NCBI GenBank assembly: GCA_046482545.1
Contig: JAWOEX010000045.1
Span: 1 to 64,000 of the forward strand
Direction: 5' to 3'
DNA length: 64,000 nt
From: Candidatus Thorarchaeota archaeon
Lineage (GTDB): Archaea > Asgardarchaeota > Thorarchaeia > Thorarchaeales > Thorarchaeaceae
Of the stretch, positions 49,349 to 60,312 are shown one piece after another; position 1 is the stretch's first letter, and each line of letters starts with the position of its first letter. The notes under the pieces were generated by a model that was given only the letters and a program-made list of their open reading frames with translations, did not search any database and was not told the DNA's origin. A program made the translations under genes and the position numbers.

Positions 49349-51358
49349 CTATTTCTCTATCAGAGCTTTTGCTCTCTTGATGACATTGCTAACAGTGAAG
49401 CCATACTTCTCAAATATGACTTTGTAGGGTGCAGAAGCCCCAAATTTCTCAACCCCTATAATATCTCCCTTTTCACCAACCCATCGATTCCAGCCTAGTG
49501 GCACGCCGGCCTCAACTGCCAGTCGTGCTGTGACATCGGGTGGAAGAACAGACTTGCGGTACTTGTCATCCTGTTGTTTGAATAATTCCCAACTCGGGAA
49601 AGACACCAGTCTAACGTTGATTCCTTCCTGTGTGAGTTTTTCTCCTGCTTCTACAATAAGATGCACCTCTGAACCAGAAGCCATCAGTAACAAGTCGGGC
49701 TCCCCTTCGCCAAGGTCTGCAAGAACATAAGCACCCTTGTGCAGCCCTTCTGCTTCAGCATATTTCTCACGGTCAAGAATCGGGACTTTCTGACGAGTAA
49801 AGGCGAACGCTGTTGGCCCCTCTGTTCTCTTTATTCCCGCTTTCCAAGCTTCAACTACTTCATCTGCGTCACAGGGGCGAATCACTACGAGATTGGGAAT
49901 AGCTCGAAGGGAGGCTAGGTGTTCTACTGGTTGATGCGTCGGCCCATCTTCCCCTAATCCGATGCTGTCATGGGTGAATATCCACAAACTATTGTGACGA
50001 GAGAGCGCGGACATCCTGATTGCCGGGCGCATATAATCGGAGAAAATGAGGAATGTCGCGCCATATGGCCTAATCCCGCCATGGGCTGTCATCCCATTGA
50101 CAATAGCGGCCATAGCGTGTTCCCGTACTCCGAAATGGACGTTTCGACCTTCTGGGTTATCTGCTTGCAAAGATGTACTTTCGTCTATCCATGTTTTGTT
50201 TGAGGGTGTCAAATCTGCTGAACCGCCAATTAGCTCGGGGAGGTGTGGTGCGAGAGCGTTGATAACTTGCCCAGATGGTACTCTCGTTGCCAAATCCTTG
50301 TCATCTTTTGAGTAGCTCGGGAGATCAACATCCCACCCTTCGGGAAGCTCTCTTTCTACTCGGCGGTTGAATTCCTTCATGAGTTCAGGATACTTCTCTC
50401 CATACTCCCGAGTCCGAGATTTCCATTCCTTCTCTAATTCCTCACCCCGGGGTATCGCCTCTCTGAAGTGTTTCAGTACATCCTCAGGGACATAAAAGCG
50501 AGGTTCAAGGGGCCATCCGAGATTTTTCTTAGATTTTTCCAGTTCATCCTCCCCCGGAGGCTCTCCATGAGCTTTGGCAGTATCCTGTTTGTTTGGCATA
50601 CCGTATCCAATATGGGTCTTGCAAGATATCAGCGATGGTCGTGGATTTTCTTTTGCTTCTTTTATTGCCGCATCAATTGCTTCAATGTCATTACCATCTT
50701 CGACTGTCTGCACATGCCAGCCAAACGCCTGAAATCGCCTCTGCACATCTTCTGTAAACGTGATATCTGTACTGCCGTCAATAGAAATCTCATTATCATC
50801 ATACAGAACTATGAGTTTACCTAGCTCAAGATGTCCAGCCAGAGAACCCCCTTCGGAGCTTATTCCTTCCATCATGTCACCATCTGTTACCAAGACATAC
50901 GTATGATGGTCGATAATTTCATGCTCATCTCGGTTGAAGACTGCCGCCAAGTGCTTCTCTGCAATGGCCATTCCGACAGCATTTCCAAATCCCTGCCCAA
51001 GTGGTCCAGTTGTCACTTCCACCCCTGGAGTCAAATGACATTCGGGATGACCTGGAGTTGGACTGCCCCATTGTCTGAATTCCTTGATATCTTCCAAGCT
51101 AAGGTCATAGCCAGTAAGATAAAGTAATGAATAGAGGAGCATCGAGCCATGCCCTCCTGAGAGTACGAACCTGTCTCGGTCTACCCATTCCGGATTACGT
51201 GGGTTAAACCTGAGATGGCGCTTCCACAGCGTATAGGCGATTGTGGCGGTACCCATCGGCATTCCCGGATGACCGGAATTGGCACGTTGAACCGCATCTG
51301 CGGATAGAAAGCGAATTGTATTGATGGCTTTCTCATGAATGGATTCTGCTTCTGACAT
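49349..51358 (-). CDS. tkt: Transketolase (full-length, single polypeptide)
   Basis: [36 protein letters not shown]. Confidence 0.97.
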   Translation of the reverse strand: MSEAESIHEKAINTIRFLSADAVQRANSGHPGMPMGTATIAYTLWKRHLRFNPRNPEWVDRDRFVLSGGHGSMLLYSLLYLTGYDLSLEDIKEFRQWGSPTPGHPECHLTPGVEVTTGPLGQGFGNAVGMAIAEKHLAAVFNRDEHEIIDHHTYVLVTDGDMMEGISSEGGSLAGHLELGKLIVLYDDNEISIDGSTDITFTEDVQRRFQAFGWHVQTVEDGNDIEAIDAAIKEAKENPRPSLISCKTHIGYGMPNKQDTAKAHGEPPGEDELEKSKKNLGWPLEPRFYVPEDVLKHFREAIPRGEELEKEWKSRTREYGEKYPELMKEFNRRVERELPEGWDVDLPSYSKDDKDLATRVPSGQVINALAPHLPELIGGSADLTPSNKTWIDESTSLQADNPEGRNVHFGVREHAMAAIVNGMTAHGGIRPYGATFLIFSDYMRPAIRMSALSRHNSLWIFTHDSIGLGEDGPTHQPVEHLASLRAIPNLVVIRPCDADEVVEAWKAGIKRTEGPTAFAFTRQKVPILDREKYAEAEGLHKGAYVLADLGEGEPDLLLMASGSEVHLIVEAGEKLTQEGINVRLVSFPSWELFKQQDDKYRKSVLPPDVTARLAVEAGVPLGWNRWVGEKGDIIGVEKFGASAPYKVIFEKYGFTVSNVIKRAKALIEK

Positions 51359-51616
51359 CTGTCAAATCTCCTCACTATTGGTAAATTAGATATTGTTCAA
51401 GCGCGGCTTGAAATCCTCTGTCGGCCAACTTCGGCTCGTTGCTTTTGGTTGTTGTGCTTTTTACTACTATCTCGAAAGTGACCCACTCGGGAATTGACTC
51501 AATCTTTAGAGATTTCCCCCGAAGATAAAGGTCTTACCTAGTCCACACTTGCAGCTGACAGCTTTCACAGATCATCAAAGAAATCTGCAGCCAAAGTACA
51601 GTATTGCTCTCTGAAT

Positions 51617-52183
51617 CTATCCCGCAATGGTTGAACCCGGTGGATAGTCTTCCATGAACTCATCTTTCAAGATGTCCATTGCCACAAAATCATGGAATTC
51701 GCCCTGTGTGTAAGCTGCTTTTCTGAATGTCCCGCACTTCTTGAATCCGGCCTTTTCATAGGCATTGATGGCACCCACGTTATGATCAAGTGTAAGCAAG
51801 AATATGCTATTGAGACCGAGTACATGAAATCCAATCCACAGCATAACTCGCGTTGCATCAGTGCCATATCCCTGACTGTGATTTTCTGGATTATGAATAG
51901 CAATTCCAAATTCAGCTCGGCTGTGTTGTTTTGATATATCCATGAGACTCACAGTTCCCAGAAATTCACCAGTCTCTTTGTCTTCAATCGCTAAGGTTAA
52001 ACCCCCATCTTTCCATGGTTGACTTTTGCTTGCGCTTTCCAGCCACTCTTTCTCTGTTCCCTTAGACATCGGAACCGCTGAGTACAGGAACTTCCTTGTT
52101 TGGTAGGTATTCCAATGCTTCATTATGCTGTCTAAGTCATCTATCTCTAGTGCCCGAAGCCGAACTTCCTTGCCGGAATACAT
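51617..52183 (-). CDS. GNAT N-acetyltransferase (RimJ/SpeG-like)
   Basis: HSQGYGTDA, NVGAINAYEKAGF. Confidence 0.88.
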   Translation of the reverse strand: MYSGKEVRLRALEIDDLDSIMKHWNTYQTRKFLYSAVPMSKGTEKEWLESASKSQPWKDGGLTLAIEDKETGEFLGTVSLMDISKQHSRAEFGIAIHNPENHSQGYGTDATRVMLWIGFHVLGLNSIFLLTLDHNVGAINAYEKAGFKKCGTFRKAAYTQGEFHDFVAMDILKDEFMEDYPPGSTIAG

Positions 52184-52337
52184 GATTTGACTCCTATTTT
52201 GATATATTCGTAATGCTACTATTTCGAGCAGGCGCTATCCTTTTAAATTACCGATTCGCCAGTAAGAACAAGAGGTATCGCTTGAGGAGGTTCTTACCAT
52301 ACTACAGTACGATTTACCGATTGGCATATCGCAAAGC

Positions 52338-52667
52338 TTGATCTATCTGGTGCTTCTGGCTGTCATATCACTGGTCATAAACGCTATCTTCCTAGGAATA
52401 GCACTCGGCTTTGTGAACGGCAAGAATAGAGATTTGGGAGATACGGTCGTTACAGCATTTTTCATGGCTATCGTGATGATTATTCCCTGCATAGGATGCA
52501 TTCTACAGTGGTGGATTATCAAATCACGCCATAAGATAGGATGGGGCAAGGCAATAACAGCTTGGATTATGACTTTTATAATTGAAATAGTCGTTTTCGC
52601 GGTCATTGCCATAGTATTCCTAGGTGGCTTAAGCGTTCTCTGGTCACTAATACCAATCAGCCCGTAA
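52338..52667 (+). CDS. Small membrane protein
   Basis: Three hydrophobic segments. Confidence 0.65.
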   Translation: MIYLVLLAVISLVINAIFLGIALGFVNGKNRDLGDTVVTAFFMAIVMIIPCIGCILQWWIIKSRHKIGWGKAITAWIMTFIIEIVVFAVIAIVFLGGLSVLWSLIPISP

Positions 52668-52717
52668 TACTGCATGGATGACTATAGTCAATCCGCGGTG
52701 CTCGGAAGGATTCCCGC

Positions 52718-53386
52718 ATGGAAGACGGTGGAAGTCCAAACGGGGTTCTACCCGACTCCCCTTCCGATATTGAAAGCAACGATTCTCTAAAGCCAGAGTA
52801 TCAAGAAATACTCACGCACCCAATACGATTTTTCCAGATTGCTTCACCCTTTCTCACGTCCCACCATCCTGCCTGCCCGGAATTTTCACTCCACACTTTT
52901 GAATTCAGAGGCCGTCATTGGTGTATAGGTTGTTTTTTCAATACCCTATCATTTGTAGTTGGCATCCTTGTATTATTCTCCCTCTGGCTAACTCAGATTG
53001 TATCTTTCAATCGGTTCTTTCTATTCTGGGGCGGAATTGTAGGAGTCCTAGTTTATTTACTGGCCAGTGCTCTTCACCTAACTGAGACTAAACGAATCAA
53101 GATACTATCCAAGTTTCTTCTTGGGGGGTCATTTGCAGCTGTTGTTTGGTCAATCCTCCTAGCTGATGGCCTTCTCTCAATGCTGCGGGAGAAAGTGGCA
53201 CTCATTTTTCTTCTCTATTTTATTGCCGTTGCCGCGTTAAGCATCAAACGAGTACTTGAGACGACAGATGTGTGTGAAAATTGTGAGTATGAAATGGATT
53301 GGCGAAACTGTCCGGGTTTTGAGCCAATAGTGCCCAAGCTGGTGAAGGAAGGGTTCCTTGTAAAGGAATCAAGGGCACACACCTGA
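52718..53386 (+). CDS. Membrane protein with Cys/His clusters
   Basis: SHHPAC...HWCIGC, TM core, CENC...C. Confidence 0.7.
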   Translation: MEDGGSPNGVLPDSPSDIESNDSLKPEYQEILTHPIRFFQIASPFLTSHHPACPEFSLHTFEFRGRHWCIGCFFNTLSFVVGILVLFSLWLTQIVSFNRFFLFWGGIVGVLVYLLASALHLTETKRIKILSKFLLGGSFAAVVWSILLADGLLSMLREKVALIFLLYFIAVAALSIKRVLETTDVCENCEYEMDWRNCPGFEPIVPKLVKEGFLVKESRAHT

Positions 53387-53418
53387 ATCTTGGTAAGCCA
53401 TACGCGGATAAAGCCATT

Positions 53419-54063
53419 TTGCGTAAATGCCAAGACCCTTTCACGTTCATTCGAGAGAGAACAGGTATGAATCCTTACAAGGAGGAATTCGATCCGCCCA
53501 TTGTGAAAGTTCCTGCTGAAAAGGTGCGCTTTCCAGATATCTGTCCGGTTTGCACTTCTGAGGCAACCAACAGAATACGGGTGTTAGCTTATCCCAACAA
53601 GGAACAGTATCTACGTCCTAGTTGGAATCCCGCCCACACTCCAAGTGCGAGAAGGCGGTTAGATATTCCCACTCCTGACTCAAGGACCTTCTTGGTTCCC
53701 GTTTGTAGCGACCACTACCATACAGGAAACATTGACTGGCGCTTGAAGATAATGTGTGTACTCGGAAATGGCATCAGCTTTTCTTTACTGTTTTTTGCTT
53801 GGTTGAACCTTGCCAATGCTCTAACGATGGAATCGAGGATTCAATTCTGGATATTCGGAGCTGGAATCTTCTTTGCGGCAACGATTTTAGCTATTCCCCT
53901 GGCATTTGGTAGGAATAAGTTGCGGAACTCTTTTCGAATCATTGGTTTCGACTCTGATGCTCAGAATGTTTGGTTTCAGTTGACAAATGATAATTATCGC
54001 GAAAGGTTCGTTGAAGAGAACGCTATGGACGCCGAGCTGGTCAACTGGGTGAAACGAGCCTAA
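53419..54063 (+). CDS. Zn-finger membrane protein
   Basis: FPDICPVC...PVCSDH plus two TM helices. Confidence 0.7.
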   Translation: MRKCQDPFTFIRERTGMNPYKEEFDPPIVKVPAEKVRFPDICPVCTSEATNRIRVLAYPNKEQYLRPSWNPAHTPSARRRLDIPTPDSRTFLVPVCSDHYHTGNIDWRLKIMCVLGNGISFSLLFFAWLNLANALTMESRIQFWIFGAGIFFAATILAIPLAFGRNKLRNSFRIIGFDSDAQNVWFQLTNDNYRERFVEENAMDAELVNWVKRA

Positions 54064-54114
54064 TTTGGATTAAGGATTTTGAGAAGGAGTTTCCTACCTG
54101 TGGATTAAAAAGGG

Positions 54115-54140
54115 CGATGTGGCCGGTACAGGCCACATCG
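54115..54140. terminator. Perfect hairpin between convergent genes
   Basis: CGATGTGGCC-ggtaca-GGCCACATCG. Confidence 0.6.
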
Positions 54141-54151
54141 TACCGTTTGTT

Positions 54152-54541
54152 CTACTTGACTTTCAGCTCTTTCTCGTCTTTCCAGAGTCCATGTATGTTG
54201 CAGTAACTGGTCGCAAGCAACTTACCCGGCTTCTCTGTCTTGAAAGCGAACGCAGCATACGGTTCACAGTATACAGTACTCGTGTCTGCTCCCTTTACTG
54301 ATGCACCATGTGAATCGAACGATACATAGCCGATTTCATACGGGAAATTCTCGCCTTCAGGCCAGAAGAAGAGGTCTGCCCACTTTATGTGGTGTGCTGT
54401 TGTGTTCGGGTGAGGGATTTCCTTGCCCACCTCTATTGTGACATGCACAACTTCTCCCTTTTTCACCGCATCAGGAGCATCAATCACCGGTACATGCTTT
54501 TCGTTCTTCCAGTCGTCACTTTGTAGCCAATTCCTATCCAT
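54152..54541 (-). CDS. sor: Superoxide reductase (neelaredoxin, 1Fe-SOR)
   Basis: EKHVP, HPNTTAHHI, YCNIHGLW. Confidence 0.95.
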   Translation of the reverse strand: MDRNWLQSDDWKNEKHVPVIDAPDAVKKGEVVHVTIEVGKEIPHPNTTAHHIKWADLFFWPEGENFPYEIGYVSFDSHGASVKGADTSTVYCEPYAAFAFKTEKPGKLLATSYCNIHGLWKDEKELKVK

Positions 54542-54701
54542 TTTGTCCCAACCTCAAGGGTCACATTTATGATATGACCAACGTAAATAACTAACGGGGA
54601 GTTGTTAAAATCCTTCCCTTATCACAGTAATCGCACCTTCTGGGCATGGTCAACGAAATGCTAGCTATCGGTTAGCCTGCGACGCCAAAGTTCCCGAATC
54701 A

Positions 54702-56192
54702 TTATGGCTTTTCTTCGAACCCCCCTAGCTTTTCAAGCGACCATTCGCCCTTTTCTGTGAGGGTGTAGTACTTCGTCTTGCGTGCGGCTTGTTCCATTTT
54801 CGTTGACGTGAGAAGCCCCTGTTCTTCCAGCTCTTTTAGGTGCTGATAAACTGTCGCCACGCGAATCTCAATTCCAAATCGCTCTGCGAGATCCTTCCAG
54901 AGCTGGTATCCGTATGATTCTCTTTCTGAAAGGAGTTTGAGGATTGAGAGTTTGGATCTTCCCAGCTTAGTGGTGAATTTCCGGTGCTCAACCTGATTGA
55001 GGATATTGCGGAGTTTTCGTTCTCCCTTGACCAGTTCTCGTGCCACTTCTGGGTATTTGAGCCCCATGCCTGTGATGACACAGACCACCGTTGAGTCACC
55101 CCCTATGATATCATCTTCACAGAGTTGTCGCAATGCAACCAGTGTTGTCGCAGAAGCAGGTTCTGCAAATACGCCCTCCTTCTTGGCAAGTTCTCCTACT
55201 GCAGCAAGCATGTCCTCGTCCGGCACTGAGAGAGCGAGCCCATCTGATTCCTTGAGTGCCTGAAGTGCAAGCTTTCCACATGAGGGATTCCTCATACTGA
55301 TGTCCATTGCCACCTCCGATACTCCAGCTGGCATCTCAATGTGTTCTAACCCCTCTTGAAAGGCGTTAACGATTGGTGCACATTCCTCAGCCTGTGTACC
55401 CACAAGCCGAGGGAGTCTCTCTATGAACCCAAGTGTATGTAGCTCTTTCAGCCCTTTCCAAATCATGGAAAGATGCCCGCCGTTTCCCATAGGGACAATC
55501 AGCCAATCGGGCGTTGACCATCCTAGCTGGTCACTGATTTCGTATCCAGTTGTTTTGAGCCCCTCAAGAAACCACGGATTATCGGGCCGCAATATGCGGC
55601 TATGATTTTCTCTGGATTTTGCCTTCCTCATCGCTTCTTTATGGTTTCTGGATACTTCAACTTCGGCGCCAAAGGCTATAATCTGGTATAACTTGCCCAT
55701 GTCTATGCTCCTATCACGTGGCAAATGGATTATTGGACGGATTGCAGCTCTGGCGCCATAGGCTACCAGTGATGCGGCAAGGTTTCCGCTAGATGCACAA
55801 TGTATCGATTTGAACCCAAATTCGCGGGCGACAGATATCTCAACTGCTGCCCCTCTGTCTATGAACGCTCCAGTAGGATTTGTTGTTTCATCTTTGAGAT
55901 ACAGCTTTGCGCAACCTAAGCTACTGGCAAGCCTTTCAGAGGTATGAAGTGGAGTTCCTCCTTCGCCAAGGGTGACGATTTCACTTCGCTCTGATAAGGG
56001 AAGCAGTTCATGGTACTTCCAAACGCTTGCTGGTCTACATAGTATGTCTTCTTTCTGCAAAACTTGTCCGATATGGTTCAAATCATAGCCAACCTGAAGA
56101 ACTCCACCGCATCCACTACAGTGAGTAACCATGGACTGGGCATCAAACTCGTCTCCACACTTCGTGCATACTAGCCTCGACACAAATACCAT
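54702..56192 (-). CDS. Threonine-synthase-like domain (PLP lysine absent) fused to a PadR winged helix
   Basis: LGEGGTP, NPTGAFIDRG (K replaced by I), SSGNLA, PMGNGG, EPASA; C-terminal SYGYQL...VYQHLKELEEQG...YYTLTEKG. Confidence 0.88.
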   Translation of the reverse strand: MVFVSRLVCTKCGDEFDAQSMVTHCSGCGGVLQVGYDLNHIGQVLQKEDILCRPASVWKYHELLPLSERSEIVTLGEGGTPLHTSERLASSLGCAKLYLKDETTNPTGAFIDRGAAVEISVAREFGFKSIHCASSGNLAASLVAYGARAAIRPIIHLPRDRSIDMGKLYQIIAFGAEVEVSRNHKEAMRKAKSRENHSRILRPDNPWFLEGLKTTGYEISDQLGWSTPDWLIVPMGNGGHLSMIWKGLKELHTLGFIERLPRLVGTQAEECAPIVNAFQEGLEHIEMPAGVSEVAMDISMRNPSCGKLALQALKESDGLALSVPDEDMLAAVGELAKKEGVFAEPASATTLVALRQLCEDDIIGGDSTVVCVITGMGLKYPEVARELVKGERKLRNILNQVEHRKFTTKLGRSKLSILKLLSERESYGYQLWKDLAERFGIEIRVATVYQHLKELEEQGLLTSTKMEQAARKTKYYTLTEKGEWSLEKLGGFEEKP

Positions 56193-56347
56193 GTATCTAA
56201 CATCCTTGGTTAGTGCCTATATATAGGTAGAAACTTATATATTGTTCTTTCAGAGAGTATAGTATGCTCAAAGCAATTGAACCGGTTATGGTGATGTAAG
56301 AAATTGCATTTCCGGCCCGATTGGTGTTCCACAAACTCCCTAGATAG

Positions 56348-56917
56348 GTGCAAACTACTATGGAATCGAACGAATATGCTCATGCCAGTAGAACAGTCTA
56401 CCTAGCAATCATGGCCATACTAACAGCTCTCACAACAGTTGCTACAGCTGTGTTTATTATTCCGTTCCCCACATCAACGGGCTATCTGAATTTTGGTGAC
56501 ATACTTGTTATGATCAGCGGTATTCTCCTTGGACCGGTTGGAGCGTTCTTTGCTGGTGGTGTCGGTTCCGCCACCGCAGATGCGGTAATGGGTTACATAC
56601 CCTTTGTTCCTATTACATTGGTAGTGAAAGGCTGCGAAGGAATGACTGTTAGTCTCATATCCCGGTTTCGAGATGGCGGTAGCAGTCTTCGCATTTTGGA
56701 TGTAGTCGCTCTTATTGCCGCTGCATCTGTCATGTTAACCGGCTATCTCCTCGGTGAAGTTTTCATAATTGGATTGACTTGGGAAGCAGCGTTTCTGGAA
56801 TTGATTTTCTTGAATCTGCTTCAAGTCATAGTAGGTGCCATAGCTGCGGCCATTATCGGTCCCATTATCAGGAGATATCTTCACCAAGAAATAGGGAAGC
56901 TGGAAATCAGTTGGTAA
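56348..56917 (+). CDS. ECF transporter S component
   Basis: IPFPTSTGYLNFGD, GVGSATAD, TLVVKG. Confidence 0.88.
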   Translation: MQTTMESNEYAHASRTVYLAIMAILTALTTVATAVFIIPFPTSTGYLNFGDILVMISGILLGPVGAFFAGGVGSATADAVMGYIPFVPITLVVKGCEGMTVSLISRFRDGGSSLRILDVVALIAAASVMLTGYLLGEVFIIGLTWEAAFLELIFLNLLQVIVGAIAAAIIGPIIRRYLHQEIGKLEISW

Positions 56918-57542
56918 GAACGATTTAAGCCCCTCATAAACCTATAGTGTTTTTATTGGCGATTGTCACCGATTCCAATGAACTTGGACGGAGCATCACA
57001 GCAATGTCTTCAAGAGATTGTATCTGAAACACGCTAGGATGGGAAGACAAGTAGAATCGTCAGTGATATCCGATATATCGAGGGCAAGTTAGAAGATACT
57101 GAACGGCGGCTGAAGGTCTTACTTGGCTAGCGCTCGGAGTACAACTGCTTGCTTCCAAACTTGAGTCCGAAATCAATGATTTGAGAATTGAATGTGGTTT
57201 TTTTGCGCGTTGGATTATGTAGAACATTCAGATGATACCATCTGCGGTCAGAAGAAGTGTTTGAGAATCACCACTAGCGTGGACAAGTTTATCAAAAAAC
57301 CAGCTTGGGGCAGAAATCAAACCGAGTGAAATCCCAGAAGAAGCAAACCGACTTCTTGTAAACGATTTTTGGTAAAGCCAGACTGTTTTCGTGTGATTAT
57401 CCCTCTTGTCCGAACCCCGCTTTGTGCCACTAGCCCCTTGTTACCATTCCGGCATAACGGCTTTTAGGATAGTTTCAAAAAGAAGAAACGGTTATGTATT
57501 AACATGAGTTGATACAAACTGTATTGACTGGAAGTATCCCCT

Positions 57543-58820
57543 ATGGACAGACGGAAGCTGAAGATAGACCCTAAGAGACTGGCTGAAATAAACGACCTAT
57601 TGGTCAGTGAAGACAATCCCCTAGTTGATGAATTACTAGAGGTGATCGAGAAACATGGTGGTGTTGAAGAAATAAATGCCAAGGCGGAAGAAGCCAGAGA
57701 GCTTGACAATTTAATGGCCCGTCTTCGTGATAAGGACTCGCCCTTTGTAGAAGACCTTGAATGGCTACAAAATGCACGGGACGATAGTGAGTTCATTTCT
57801 GTTCCGTCATACCGGCGTAAGGTTCTTGGTGACACATATGAAAGCATGACATTTGACGATGAACATGCAGTTACTCTTGAAATCAGTGCATGTCAGTTCT
57901 TCCCATGGGTGATACGAGAGGCGAGGAAGGCAATCGAGCATGAGGAGCTGATGCCCGGGAGATTCATCCGGGTGCGGTCAATGGAAGAGCAAGTGAAAGA
58001 CGATCATGTTCTCGCCTTCGCCGCCGCGATGCAGATTGTTGGTGCTTCGTACGTTGAGACGCTTGATACGAAGGGAACTCTACCTGGCCCTGATGGTCAG
58101 CCTGCTAACATTCATCTTGGTGGCCCTGACACGCTCACGGGCTATTTCGGTGGGGTCGGGATGCCTAACGATTTCGCTCTGAAATGGGCCGATGAATTCT
58201 TGCACTACTATACTGAATATGGAATCAAACAGGTTCTTAATATTAACCCTGGTAGTGTACTCGTTGGTTACATGATGCACAAGCTAGGCATCGACATGGA
58301 ATTCAAAATCAGTGTTTTCATGGGTAATGACAATCCATATGCTTGTTTGTGGACCCTGCTGACAGCCAAGCTGTTCAGTCGGAATGATGGAACAACTCCG
58401 CTGATAGGGTTCAACCTCAGCAATAGTGTGAACAAAGAGACCATTGAACTCGCGGCACAGATTCGTGAACACTTCGGTTTTGGTGATGTTGTGCGCATTG
58501 AGCATCACATAACTGAGACTTACAAGGGCATTGTAAGGCAGCCCTACGATCGCCTAGACGAGCTCGTTGAACTTGCAGGTCATGTGAAGAATATCAGTGC
58601 GAAACATGAGGGTGGAATTCCGGAAGTGGATGCTGCACGAGACCATCCCAGCAACATTTTGGAATACTTTCTCAGCAAAGAGGAGATAGAAGAGCGCGGT
58701 TTGATGCCTGATTTGCTGACGAACTACTTGGATAAACATGACGCTCTCAATCGCACAGCCAAGGTGCTGACCGAAAATGGGCTCAGTTTCGTGGCGGCTA
58801 GAAACCTACATCACAACTAA
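57543..58820 (+). CDS. Uncharacterised protein (425 aa)
   Basis: Long ORF with enzyme-like motifs (ETLDTKG, IHLGG..TLTGYFGG, IEHH, KHEGG); no function recognised. Confidence 0.8.
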   Translation: MDRRKLKIDPKRLAEINDLLVSEDNPLVDELLEVIEKHGGVEEINAKAEEARELDNLMARLRDKDSPFVEDLEWLQNARDDSEFISVPSYRRKVLGDTYESMTFDDEHAVTLEISACQFFPWVIREARKAIEHEELMPGRFIRVRSMEEQVKDDHVLAFAAAMQIVGASYVETLDTKGTLPGPDGQPANIHLGGPDTLTGYFGGVGMPNDFALKWADEFLHYYTEYGIKQVLNINPGSVLVGYMMHKLGIDMEFKISVFMGNDNPYACLWTLLTAKLFSRNDGTTPLIGFNLSNSVNKETIELAAQIREHFGFGDVVRIEHHITETYKGIVRQPYDRLDELVELAGHVKNISAKHEGGIPEVDAARDHPSNILEYFLSKEEIEERGLMPDLLTNYLDKHDALNRTAKVLTENGLSFVAARNLHHN

Positions 58821-58880
58821 GTGATGTAGAGAGGGAATCGCTTAGTATCCCAAACTCACACGGAGATAAGTGAGTGATTT

Positions 58881-59345
58881 CTACATCCACGGTGTGATAT
58901 TCTCATCGTACATCTGCTGTAGCCGATTCTTGTGGCTTTCCTCTTCCTTTGCCAAAGCTCGGAATATCGCTTTACTAGATGAATCCTCAGTCAGCTCGGC
59001 AAGAGCTGAGTAGAACTCGAAAGACGCTCGTTCGCGTTTCATTGCGACTATGAGTACGTCTTGAGGCGGGGATGACGGATTCAAGGGCACTTCTATCAGG
59101 TAGTCCTCCAGTGCGCGCTTCTCAACTTCCTCTATTGTACAGGCAAAAGTTTCACATATACCCTCATCAAGTGCCTTTTGCAACTTTTCCTTGTGGTTCT
59201 TTTCTTGTTCTGCAAGATCTTCAAGGAGTTTTTTCGATGCTGGATCTTCAGCATTTTCTACTCCATCCATATAGAAATCGTACGCTTCTTCTTCTCGCTC
59301 GATGGCTAGATTAATCATTTTCCTGAAGGCTGCTTGGACACTCAC
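58881..59345 (-). CDS. Ferritin-like/rubrerythrin-domain protein
   Basis: Duplicated AIEREEEAYDFY...EKNH and AMKRERASFEFY...EESH. Confidence 0.88.
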   Translation of the reverse strand: MSVQAAFRKMINLAIEREEEAYDFYMDGVENAEDPASKKLLEDLAEQEKNHKEKLQKALDEGICETFACTIEEVEKRALEDYLIEVPLNPSSPPQDVLIVAMKRERASFEFYSALAELTEDSSSKAIFRALAKEEESHKNRLQQMYDENITPWM

Positions 59346-59793
59346 TAGAGTTCCCCGCCATTCTGAGATAGTAATCGTGTTTTAAGCATAATGGCATGTC
59401 GTGTATTCATTGCCAGATTTCTGGTATGTGTACCTTTTTGGAGGGAGAAAAGTAGAACACAGAAGTTTCAGGCATTTTGAATTCACTCACCTATAAGAAA
59501 TATGTTATCTGGAGGATTTCGGAAATATACGGGGCACAACAATCTCTAGCTATTTCAGGGCAATAGAGAGGGATGAGTGGAAAGTTGCTGGAAAAAACCA
59601 GATGCGCGCATTGACGGCTGATTTCATTGTGAATTACGTTCAATGAGCTTTCGGATGGCTTATGGATATTTTCAGCAAGTAAAAGTTGCCTTCCTAGAGC
59701 AGTCTCCTAGCTTTTCGAATCATTTGTTAACAAAACAAAAGACAAATCAGGCACCATTCCTAGTGTATGCATAAGAGATTGAGGCGGCGAGAT

Positions 59794-60222
59794 ATGGACT
59801 TTTGGAGTGATGATTTTAAGGATGGCGAGGTCATTCCGGATAAATGCGCATACAAGAAAGACAACATCAATCCACATTTAGCGTGGAAGGATATTCCTGA
59901 AGAAACAGAAAGCTTTGCTCTAATTTGTAATGACCCTGATGCTCCGGTCGGCAATTGGCTGCATTGGCTTGTGCATGCAATACCACCGGATATACGGAGT
60001 ATTGCGGCAGGTGCTCCTGTTCCTGGCAAGGAAGTTGAGAATGACTACGGTGAAGGAACATACGGTGGCCCGGCACCTCCCTCAGGTACGCATCGTTATT
60101 TCTTCACCTTGTACGCCTTGGATACTTCCGAGTTGAAGCGTCCTAGCAAGGGAAACTTCCGTGATTTATGTGAAAAACACATGATAGAGAAAGCCCAAAT
60201 CATGGGCACATACTCAGCTTAG
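59794..60222 (+). CDS. YbhB/YbcL (PEBP) family protein
   Basis: DPDAP...WLHW, YGGPAPPSGTHRY. Confidence 0.92.
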   Translation: MDFWSDDFKDGEVIPDKCAYKKDNINPHLAWKDIPEETESFALICNDPDAPVGNWLHWLVHAIPPDIRSIAAGAPVPGKEVENDYGEGTYGGPAPPSGTHRYFFTLYALDTSELKRPSKGNFRDLCEKHMIEKAQIMGTYSA

Positions 60223-60312
60223 TGAAGATTAGTGGCTTTCCGAATTTTTAATTAGCTATTCGGGTCAAGCCTTTCATTGAGTTGAACTTGCTATCGAAGA
60301 GGACAGTATACT

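Noticed and set aside
56920-57540. Degenerate coiled-coil-like frames in a 600-bp intergenic gap
   Set aside because: Interrupted by stops and shifts, with no assignable homology.
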